Assembly: GCA_964247055.1 (NCBI GenBank)
Contig: OZ176055.1
Coordinates: 7,874,001 to 7,938,000 of the forward strand
From: Paragordius varius
Taxonomy: Eukaryota; Animalia; Nematomorpha
Direction of reading: 5' to 3'
Length of the DNA stretch: 64,000 nt
The number at the start of each line of letters is the position of its first letter. Position 1 is the first letter of the stretch. A program made the position numbers and the translations under genes. A model generated the notes under the pieces. It made no database searches. It worked only from the letters and a program-made list of their open reading frames with translations, and had not been told where the DNA came from. This document shows, one piece after another, positions 12,501 through 34,915 of this stretch.

Positions 12501-14775
12501 TTTTCTATTATGAAACAGATAAACCAAAGGTTGAAGTAAAACCGTACTTTAATGGTAACCCAGGAAATACAGCCATACTGTATTGCACATTTAGCTCCAA
12601 TCCTTTGGCTCAAATTACATGGCTTTTTAATGGGCGACCTATTCAAGACATTGTCGATACTGATAAAATCATACAAAATAGTATAAACTTTTAAACTTTT
12701 TAATTTTATCTGATTTCTTAATTTTTTTAGTTATACCATTTACAATTCAAATTCACCCCTAAATAAATGTTAAATTAAAAATTACCTATATTTAATATAT
12801 TTTTTTAGAAAGAAATTTGTTTAAAATTTAAATAATACTGAAAAAATAATGAACTATGCAATAGAGATATATTTGTATTAATAATTAGTTCGAAAACACA
12901 TAATTGTTTTTTAGGGTATTGGAATTGTTCGAGGGTGAATTTGAAATGTAAATGGTATAAATACAGTATAAACAAAAAATGAACAGTAAAAATATGTTTA
13001 ATAACTTAAATGTTCGCTTAATTGAGATAATAACTAAATTGTAAGTGAAAAAGCAGACGAAACGGGCATGGTAATTTTGTATGGTTGATGTGGGGACGAA
13101 ATTATAAAAATATAATTTTACCTTTTTGTATGCTTGTTTTTTCTATCACATATATTTTATTTCTAATAAACATATAATATTTTTTCGCCAATTCGTTTTG
13201 TGTATAGAAAATGAAGAGAATGGAAATACGTTAACGAGTTCCTTAATTATTGACCGTATTAAAGAGAGTGATTTAAATGGGATATATACTTGCCAAGGGA
13301 CCAATCCCCTGGGTCAAGTGTCCTACAATTTGACCATCAAAAGTAGATTCCTCATATATCAGAGAATTATCCAAAATTTAATTAAGTTTTATAGAAAATA
13401 ATGATTTTGAGTTAGATATTATATTGAAAAAAAATAACCAATTTTCGCTGAAATATATTTTTTACAAATTATATTTTTGATGTTGTTATTAAGGTGTTCC
13501 AGAGATCGTAAAAGTTACGAAAGCTGAAGAAATTATTGAGAGTGATGGTTCAAATTCTGCGCTTATCGAATTCACTACTGTATCACATAGTCCGTTGAAG
13601 GCTTACTTATTGCAATTGTTTGAAGTATGCATAAAATAAACGAAAAAAAATTTTGTAATATAGTTTTTTTTCATCAATATTGTAGAATATGCCGAATGGC
13701 CAAATCAATAAGATCGCTTTTATTCCATATTATTATTTTATTATAATGTTCGTATTTTTATTGATTAAAAAAACTTTACAAAATTTCTAATGACACTAAT
13801 GATAAAAAATTTTATAAGTATTTAAATATATATAAATATTTTTATAGGGTAATGTGGTCAAAAATTTAACAATCCCTGCCGAATCGACACAAAAAGACAC
13901 ATATACACAATCTTTTAAATTAAAAGGTATTATACCATTTAATTAATAGAACGGAACTAATTTATGTTTTAATTTATGTTTCAATCCCAATGTTAAATTT
14001 TTACATTTTCATATATTTTTGAAAGCTTTGGCCTCAAACACGGAATATGGTGTGAAAATTCAGGCGGAAAACGAATATGGATGGAGCGATTTACCGAACA
14101 CGACGTTCGAATTCTTAACGAATCCAATAGTTGAACCTTATGCTAGCAGTAAATTATATATATACCATTTACAGTTCAAATTCACCGTCAAACAATTCAA
14201 ATTCACCCTAAAAATAATTTGTGTTTTCGAACTAATATAACTCATTATTAATATGAATATATCTTTATGGCATTGTTTATAGTTTTTCAGTATTGTTTTT
14301 TAAAAAATTTTATTTTTTAAAAATATATAAAAATTAGATAATTTTTAATCTTAAAAAACATATAATTTATTTGAGGGTGAATTGAATTGTTCGAGGGTGA
14401 ATTTTTGTTCAAGGGTGAATTTGAATTGTTTAAGGGATATTTTGAATTGTAAATGGTATATTTGGAGTTGCATTTCCGAACTACAATTCAATATTCTGTG
14501 ATATCGATATTTGGTTGTTACGATGATTTAATCTTCTTAAAGACTATCTTATTTTTATATTAAACTTTTAAGATTTAATTTATAAAATATATATTTATTA
14601 TGTTTTATAAAAAATTTAATGGTGACTTAACATTTTTTTCTGCACATATTTATTAGAACCAGAATATGCCGGAAAAATTTTAAATTCTGCTCCACATTCA
14701 ATCCCGCAGAGTCTTGTGTCCTGGCTGTTAATCGCAATCCTTACCTATGTTTTCGCACTCTTGCTCGCCTTATAG
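3441..14775 (+). CDS. GPI-anchored Ig-superfamily cell-adhesion protein (3 Ig + 1 FN3; IgLON/DIP/Klingon-like architecture)
   Basis: Phase-consistent exons: 3441-3639 (tentative leader, hydrophobic end, phase 1), 9615-9683, 10344-10559, 10880-10995, 11978-12149, 12519-12680, 13208-13342, 13494-13624, 13848-13926, 14026-14148, 14657-14775. Ig motifs SVLLPC..W..SGIYYC, AIQC..ITW..GGQYVCEAKN, AILYC..ITW..GIYTCQGTN; FN3 motif LASNTEYGVKIQAENEYGWS; hydrophobic C-terminus (LVSWLLIAILTYVFALLLAL*) with no cytoplasmic tail. The first exon is uncertain. Confidence 0.85.
5067..6429. mobile_element. Foldback element family C with about 365-bp near-perfect TIRs, each with ten 21-bp repeats
   Basis: Arms at about 5067-5430 and 6066-6429 are reverse complements; termini tataccatttccc/gggaaatggtata; repeat unit ATTGACTGGGAAAACGTTTCG. 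Confidence 0.92.
5595..5870. mobile_element. hAT-type MITE remnant nested in the foldback spacer
   Basis: Begins caggggtgtccaacc with gcgggccgca/gcggcccgca subterminal motifs typical of hAT derivatives; right end eroded. Confidence 0.55.
6450..6515. repeat. (TA)n microsatellite
   Basis: Pure TA run directly after the foldback right TIR; similar runs at about 4496-4525, 15326-15362, 26395-26434 and 58322-58358. Confidence 0.95.
6954..8783 (+). mobile_element. Non-autonomous hAT (Charlie/Buster/SPIN-like) element with perfect 8-bp TSD
   Basis: TIRs cagtgatactca/tgagtaccactg; gtctaaac flanks both ends (6946-6953 and 8784-8791); decayed transposase pieces (QLALFVRI, FPSTYTCETAYSKIKYVK..YRN). 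Confidence 0.92.
7168..7391. mobile_element. Palindromic TA-CAGTCATG MITE (family G) nested in the hAT
   Basis: tacagtcatg...catgact with internal inverted agctctatggta/taccatagagct; second copy at 37972-38196. Confidence 0.75.
12732..12959. mobile_element. MITE family A copy 2 (intronic)
   Basis: tataccatttacaattcaaattcaccc...gggtgaatttgaaatgtaaatggtata. Confidence 0.85.
14161..14460. mobile_element. MITE family A copy 3 (intronic, 12 nt after a donor site)
   Basis: Same termini and 21-bp repeats as copy 1. Confidence 0.9.
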
Positions 14776-15323
14776 TTTATTTTTTTTCACCATAAGCCTC
14801 AAAATCAAAATATAAGACAAAAAATTGTTTGAATATACACAGCTAGAGAATAAAGCACCCCTGACTAGTCCATCTACTCAACATTTTTACAATATTAAAT
14901 AGTACAAAAAAGTGAGTGAAACGCAAAAAAAATTTAAATTCCATTTTAAATGCAAAAAAAAACGTTTGGATTTAGTATTAATTTACCCTAAAGTTGTTTT
15001 TTATATAAATGATAAACATATGATATAATTTGATGTAATAATAATTGTGGTATTCAGGTTTTAACCAAAGCAAACAAAAAAATTAATGTGTCCAAATTTT
15101 CATTTATATATTTCTTCTTGTTAGCTAATATTATATACATATTTAATGATAGGTTTTATTATCATTTATTTAATTTAAATACTGCTATGCATTTTTCGAT
15201 TTTAGAGACATATATGCCAATATCTCATATGCATTTTGTAAAATATAATTATTGTATACAATATGATTACAACATACACATTCAATCAATTAATTCTCGT
15301 TTTTTTATATATACATATTCCTA

Positions 15324-15363
<40 letters not shown>

Positions 15364-16065
15364 AAAATTTCAAATTTATATATTTGTTATGAATTAAAAA
15401 AAAATTAAGATGTTGTAATTAATTTTCAGATTTCGCCATATGAATTAGCCCGTTTAAAATCCACTTTAAAGATTTCATATTTCTCCTTTTTCTGATTTAT
15501 ACGGTTTTGAAATTCTCTTTTTTTTTCATCTTAACTTTTTAAATTATAATTCTTTTAAGCTATTTGTGCCATTGCTGGGTCATTTACCGTAATACCTGGC
15601 TCCATTTTTATTTATATGACACTCTTAAAATCACGCCCATATTTAGGTTTATGAAAAGATGTATCCTTGGTAAATAAATTAATAAACCCAGATGAATAAC
15701 GTTTTCATGAAATTAATATTAAAACTTTTCGTTAGTATATACCAATTAATTTTATTGGTATTTTATGACTAGCCGCAAAAGACACATATGCCCCTAGTGT
15801 ACCGCTGGTTTACTTTATCCCCGACCAGCTCACTATATAGCTTGTGTTTCGTTAAATTGAATATTAAAAATACTAAAGCTCAATATTAAAGTCTCTGTTA
15901 TATATATGCCGATACTATTTATTATTGAATATTAATCTAAGGGTGGGGCGTTACATGATTTATCTATGGGGATTAATGATGAACTAACTCTATATTACAA
16001 AATATTTCTAACTTATCTATTTGTCATATCTAACTAAATTAATCTAAGAGAGGCTTTAACAATTT

Positions 16066-16353
16066 TCATCCTTGATTGTAATAATAAGGCAATCTTGGGG
16101 TAGTGCGTGTATGATAATACATGTATTGAGGTAGGCGATTTCGTTCATTAACTGGCATATATTGCCGTTTATTTCGTGAAATGAGTTGTCCTTTAGCTCT
16201 TAATTTAGCGACAGTGTCGCGTTTTTTCTTTTTCCGATCCGATTCATCGACGTAAAAATCTTGAATTGAGTTCAGAGGAACCATTGAACCTTGATCTAAA
16301 ACTTGCCCCACAACATTCGAATTAAATCCGTAAAAGCATACAGCTAAAATCAT
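16066..16353 (-). CDS. Small secreted/prepropeptide-like ORF (95 aa), unknown family
   Basis: GC-richer open frame in AT-rich surroundings; hydrophobic N-terminus MILAVCFYGF; KKKKR and KR basic sites; C-terminal Gly; an AG acceptor lies 18 nt upstream of the ATG. Confidence 0.55.
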   Translation of the reverse strand: MILAVCFYGFNSNVVGQVLDQGSMVPLNSIQDFYVDESDRKKKKRDTVAKLRAKGQLISRNKRQYMPVNERNRLPQYMYYHTRTTPRLPYYYNQG

Positions 16354-16447
16354 TGAAATAAGGTAGAAAGCCTAACAGCAAAATAGACATATACAAAATA
16401 TTATATTTGAAATAAACTTTGATAAAAAAACTGCATGGATTAAATAT

Positions 16448-16733
16448 TACAGTAAAAATTGATATTATACGGACAAAACGTAAAAATATAAAGACAAATA
16501 TTTGTTTCTAAAAGACAAAAATACTTATTAAAACCTTAAATTTTCCTATAGTTATTTAGTTACAATTTTAAAATATAGAATTTATTGTGTTAGTGATATC
16601 TTTATTTCACACTTTGCCATTTTAAACAAAGAGTTATATGAAACATCAAGATTAAAAAATATGGTTGTCTTTTAGAAAAAAATATTTGTCTTTATATTTT
16701 CACGTTTTGTCCGTATATTTTCAGTTTTACTAC
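16448..16733. mobile_element. TA-CAGT MITE family E (Tc1/mariner/pogo-type termini)
   Basis: tacagtaaaaattgatattatacggacaaaacg...cgttttgtccgtatattttcagttttac; a degenerate neighbouring copy lies at about 16852-17080. Confidence 0.85.
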
Positions 16734-18000
16734 AGTTATATCTTAGTGTAATAAATATATTAAATTTATTTAACATATAATTAATTATTTATAATTTGAA
16801 TTCTCGTAAAATTTATTAAATTAAACTATATCCAAAATTTTCGAGCCTAAATACAGTCAAAATTAAAATTATACGGACAAAACATTAAAATATAACGACA
16901 AATACTTTTTAATGTACTTTTTCATAGTTGATATTATTATAACGCATGTTTTTAATTTCCAAATATGCATAGAAATATATTGTAAATTAAATAATTTATA
17001 TTGCAAAAATTAAAGTTTAAAAAAGTGTGGTTGTCTTTTGAAATTAAAAAATTTGTCATTTTGTTTTTACGTTTTGCTAAATTCATAACTATAATATAAA
17101 ATTCTAAAAGAAATAGCAAAAACAGATACAAAAATATATTGACCCTTTAATTTATATTTAAAATGTTAAAAATATCCAATTTTCCCTTACATTTTTTGTT
17201 TCAAGAATCAACTTCATTGTCGTAAAGAAATGTGAAAAAAAACAAATGAAAAAATAAACCCTTAAAATGTTTTAAATATTTTGCTCAAAATAGCCTAAAC
17301 ACACCCCCATTTTTTTCCATGCCTCCATAATTTCGCTGAGTAATTGCGTCTTGATTAACATTAAATAACCTTATCAATACTATTCAACAATTTAACCCTT
17401 AAAAAATTAATTATCCTGAGGTCGAATTTTATGTCACGTAAAAATATCGATTTATTTTATTTATGTTTAAATACTTGAACAATGAAGCACTCGAAACAAC
17501 TCTCGTTAACCATACAATTAATTAGCCTAGTTTTTTCGCACTAAAAAGCCCGGGGGCAGAAAATTAACTACAATAAAAAATTAACCCATTATAACAATAG
17601 TTGTTTAACATTTTTTGAATTTTTACCATCAATATAATATGTGAAATTTATTACTAATGATTTATAATATGATATAAAATATATTTGAAATGTGAATAAT
17701 TATGAGATATATTAAATGCCAATCGTTTATAATGTTTGTGAGTGCAGATCGTTGTCATTTCAAAAAATGTTAATTTTTAAATAATTTCATTGGTGCTATA
17801 AATATTATATGTAATATAAGGGGGGTATCTCAAAAATAAACTTTCAAAAATCGTTTTTATAATCAACTTGTATATTAAATTGGGCAAATATGCGACAAAT
17901 ATTTTTCGATTATTCATGTCTAATTTTGTATAAAAAAATTGGTGATTATATTTTTGACCATGTATTGCACTGGGATATGTCAAATCAAAAAATATAAATA

Positions 18001-30423
<12,423 letters not shown>

Positions 30424-30435
30424 AAGTAGCCTGGA

Positions 30436-30755
30436 TAGGCGCTAAGATAAAAATCAGTTCAAATTTACAACTGAGTGTATAACCAAAAGAGTAAAATGTG
30501 TGTAAAATTAGAAATAAAATGCGTTTTGTTAAAAAATAAAATAATTGTCTTATGAAAATATTTTTACAAAAAAATTGATTTTTGTTGAGGATAATGGTAA
30601 ATGTAATTTGAAAACCTTTACAAGTAAATTAATCATATTTTTAACCAATACACATGCGCGTTGGATGTAATTAACGGAAAAAATCGCGGCGTAATTGAGA
30701 TAAGGATTTTTTTTACAATTTTACACACAACTGAATTTTTTTATATCATGCGCCT
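30436..30755. mobile_element. MITE with taggcgc termini 12 bp upstream of the AGAP ATG
   Basis: taggcgctaagataaaaatcagtt..gtgtgtaaaatt versus aattttacacacaactgaatttt..atcatgcgccta. Confidence 0.55.
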
Positions 30756-31648
30756 AAAATGCCAAGAAGCATATTTTTAATTTGGTCCAATGATATACAT
30801 TTTTTTGAGATAATGAAATTGATGGCCCTCAGTAAAAACTACTCCGAAAAGTCAAGAAGTGATATAATACCAGATAATTTGAGACCCTGTGCTCTATAAA
30901 ATTTGACAATTTTCTACACGGCCGGTCCATACCTTTGTTATTATATGAATAACATAATGGGTGTTTTTTATAACCACAGCTTAAGACGCTTTTCCTAAAA
31001 TAATTTTACTATATCCTATTTTAAATACTAAACAGAAAAAAACTTTCATAATTAGTATTTTTGTAAGTTTGAGTCTAAAATTTAGAGGCACTCGTTGAAA
31101 CGAACAAAAAGCCCATGTCAAAATGTATCAAAAACATTTTAATATTTTTTTGGTTGTCCTTTTAGGGCGCTTATAAAAATAAAAAAATATTTGGGGTAAC
31201 AAGCTTATAAAACATTTTTATATTTAGAAGCTCATTATTTAGGGTATTTTGATCTAAACACAATAAGTATCATGGCATTGAGCCAAATAAATATCCTTAT
31301 TATAACGTTTCTGCATGATAAAAAAATTTAAAAATGTAATCTAAAAAATACTCATTTTCAAACTTTCCCCGCCATTTATTTTATGGATTATTTTAAAATA
31401 ATACAAAAGTCATAACAAAAAATCGGGTTTTATAAAGTAAATTTTTAAAAGCTTTTAATACGACAAATTAAATAATTGTTAAAAGGTCGTTGATTATTAA
31501 AAATATAGATTAGGTTAATTTCCGATATTGTTTTTGCAGAATTGTTATCGTATTGATATTGGGACTTAATTAGCTATAATTAAATGAATTTATTAAAGTA
31601 AATTTTCCATTACTACGAGTAAGTCAACAGTAAAAATAAAATATATAC

Positions 31649-32141
31649 TATACCATTTGCACTTCAAGAGTGTCCTTTAACACTTAAGTTGGTCCTTTAA
31701 AATCTTAAGTTGGTTTAACTATTTTGTTTTGTTTTTAACTTTTATCAATCAAACGGTATCATTCATCTATTTTATCATTTTGGTCCTATTCTTTTGTTTA
31801 TCCATATAACACTTTTCATCATCTTGATACTATATATTTGTATAAGGTTTTAAAACATATAATTTTAATCAGATTTTGGCATAATTGAAATATCTGGGTT
31901 ATTAATTAAAATATTTAGTTGAAAATATAATAATAATACTGTTGAATGGAAAAAAATTATTTAAAAACAAGAATTTTTTTTAATTAATTTATAAATGTAT
32001 CATAAATCAAGAATTAAGTTGAAAATCGATAAAATACATGCAAAATTTATGGTTAAATCCAACCTAAAAAGTTTAGGACCAAGTTGAAATGTTCAAGGAC
32101 TAACTTGAAGTTTTCAACACTCTTGAAGTGAAAATGGTATA
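31649..32141. mobile_element. MITE family B copy 1 (TA-CCATTTGCACTTCAAG termini; 21-bp TTGGTCCTTGAACACTTCAAG repeats)
   Basis: tataccatttgcacttcaagagtgtcc...aacactcttgaagtgaaaatggtata. Confidence 0.88.
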
Positions 32142-32143
32142 TT

Positions 32144-32419
32144 TACAGTAAAAATTGAAATTTTACGGACAAAAGGTGAAAATTGAAGGATAAATATATT
32201 TTTAAAAGACACCCATATTTTTGAATCCTTGACTTTTTCAAATATAAGCTGTATTTTTGGGTAGCAAATTTAAAAATAGCGATATTGTTAAAATTATCAT
32301 TTATAAATTTCAAATTTGCAATGAAAACATAAATGTTTTAAAAATATGGATGTCTTTTAAAAAAAATATTTGTCTTTATATATTTAAGCTGTGTCCGTAT
32401 AATTACAATTTTTACTGTA
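32144..32419. mobile_element. MITE family E copy abutting family B
   Basis: tacagtaaaaattgaaattttacggac...gtccgtataattacaatttttactgta. Confidence 0.88.
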
Positions 32420-33539
32420 TTTTAGCGTGAATCATTATGATTATAAAGTGTTAAAAATATTTATACTAACAGGGTAATATAATTTGATTGTTGTGTATAG
32501 TTGATTAAATTATATTTATTTATTATGGGTCATATTATTATATTAAAGTTGAAAAGATTTATAATATGGGACATATAATTTTTGAAAAATAATTTAAAAC
32601 TATATTAATATTAACATAGGTAATATAATTTAATTGTTGAGAAATAATTTAAAAATAATTATATTAGGACGAATATATTTTGATTGTGGCAGTGATGGTA
32701 ATTTATTTTTAACGCAATTATTTAATTTTAAAATAATTATATGGATCGTGTAATTTAATCTGATTGTTCGAAATACCCATGTATTTGTTAATAAAATTTT
32801 ATTGTCAAAATGTAGTCGTTGATTGTTTAACACTTTATGACCGTTTCCCTCTTTTGTCCGCGGTAACATTTTGGGTAATTTTATATCCAAGAGCTCAATC
32901 ATGTAACACTACCCTTTTGAAAGTTATTTTGGTTAAAATTTAATATTAAATTGGTCTCTAGTATTAGATAAAAAAGCTTATATTTTTTAGGTATGTAACT
33001 TACAGGGTTTGAAATTTGGATGGCTCCAAAATGCGATTTAAACGAACACCTGAATTTCATATCAATAAATATTTAGGTTTTGCTGGTAAAATGCAATACA
33101 TAAATTTATTATTTACATTTTTTTACCATATACATTTATTTGCCTATAGTATTAGCAATTTAAAAATTTAAGAAAAAAATGGCGATGAAAAAGTTTCAGC
33201 TGAGGTTTTTTACAATCTTATTTTTTAAAATTTATTTATGCACCCAAAAGGCGAAAAAAGGCATATTTTTGCATTCGGCCTAATACCTTAATAAATTTTA
33301 GATATTGCAATTTTAAATCGCTATGGGATATATAACTATCCCAAACGTATTAGACAGGCTAATATAATTAGTTGAGATGTATGGTTAATTAAAAAATATA
33401 GCCACTCTTTAAATAATTACTGGATACACCCATACTCAGTAAAAAAGCTCCCTCTTAATTAAAAGTTGTGCGATAACATAAACCTTATTAAGCAATGGTT
33501 TACCCCGATGGTATCTACGAATCTAATTCAAAGGTTTGT

Positions 33540-33800
33540 AAATCCATTTACAAAACTTATTCATTTCAAATGTGGTGCTTCCGGAAAATTTTGGGTTTTT
33601 CCTGGAAAGCCTGCACATCCAACTCATATATACTTAACTTCTTCAAACCACAATTTTACTTTATAATCTGGTGATCTACAAGGAACTAAAATATCTGACA
33701 CAGATCCTCGATCTGATTCCTTGGAAAAAAACATTCCTTGGGTTGGTCGATGGGACTCGCAAAAGAGACCGTCCTAAAAAGCGGTTTCTAGATATCATAT
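33540..33800 (+). pseudogene. RTE/BovB-like LINE ORF2 3' remnant
   Basis: With frameshifts it reads SFQMWCFRKILGFSWKA..SNSYIL / LKYL..IL / RSDSLEK / TFLGLVDGTRKRDRPKKRFLDII. This matches the RTE-BovB tail (FELWCWRRLLRVPW...YFGHLMRRADSLEKTLMLGKIEGRRRRGR). Confidence 0.8.
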
Positions 33801-34915
33801 AATCAACTACTAACCTTACCCTCTCTCAAATAATTCGAAAGCCATAAGATCGTCTAGTATGGAAAACAGTTATTTATGAGAAAGCTAAAAGTTGCTACTC
33901 GACTAGCTTCTAACAACAACACGTCAGTGAGCTATATGTTAATAATACCGCGAATTCCCTTACCTTAATTTATGGTTGCAAAAATATAGTTCATATAAGT
34001 CTTAGCCAGGCGTGATATGGCATAGTTTGAAAGGTAAGATTAGTTGTAATTTTGATTGTGATTTATTTTAATAATTTATCCCTTTTTAGAGATTTCAAAA
34101 AGATGCAATTTTGTTCTGTATTATGCTTAACATTTACCATTATATATATATAACTGGGATTCTATATCCAAAGCCTATTAACAAATGTTAATATTTTACC
34201 ATGTGTCTACAACGAGGTGCATAATATCGACCGGCAAAAGACCTGGTCGGAATATCTCAACCTCCGCCCAAAATAATTTAATATGAACGCTAAAGTGCCT
34301 TTATGATGGGAAAACAAAGGACTTGTAATGTTATAGGACACATAGCTACCAGTTTTTCAAATTGCATTTTTTATATATTTATAAATCAATTTGAATAATT
34401 GAACTTTTATTATAAATAATATTTAAAAAGCTGATAAAAACAACCTTAATTTAAAATGGCAACTTTTATCAGTATTATATATTTTCATTTGTGAAATTAT
34501 TTGATAACTGCATTCAACATAAACGGAAAATCATTTATAACCGAAATTCACTTTAAAAATTCTATATATTACGTAAAAATGCACCATATTTACAATACCT
34601 AAATTATCGAGATAAAAGAGACATGGAGATAATTAATTTATTTATAGCTATTTGTAAGTTTTTTTACAATAATTAGATTATAAATAATTTACATTATATA
34701 TTATATAATATGATTGCAAGACTAGACATATACTAATAAGAAGATTCACAAATAATTAAATTATACAAACACAATATATATTTTTCTCATAATTTTTGAT
34801 TAAACAAATTTTTGGGGTATGTACATGATTCTTTCCTGATCGCCTATTTTTTGAACCGCAAACTACAATTTTACCCTTAATATTTAATCTTTTTAGCATG
34901 AGAATGGGCAACACA

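Noticed and set aside
33466-33666. 66-aa ORF, and a TGA=Trp (NUMT-like) reading of the minus strand
   Set aside because: The region is better explained by RTE ORF2 motifs in other + frames.
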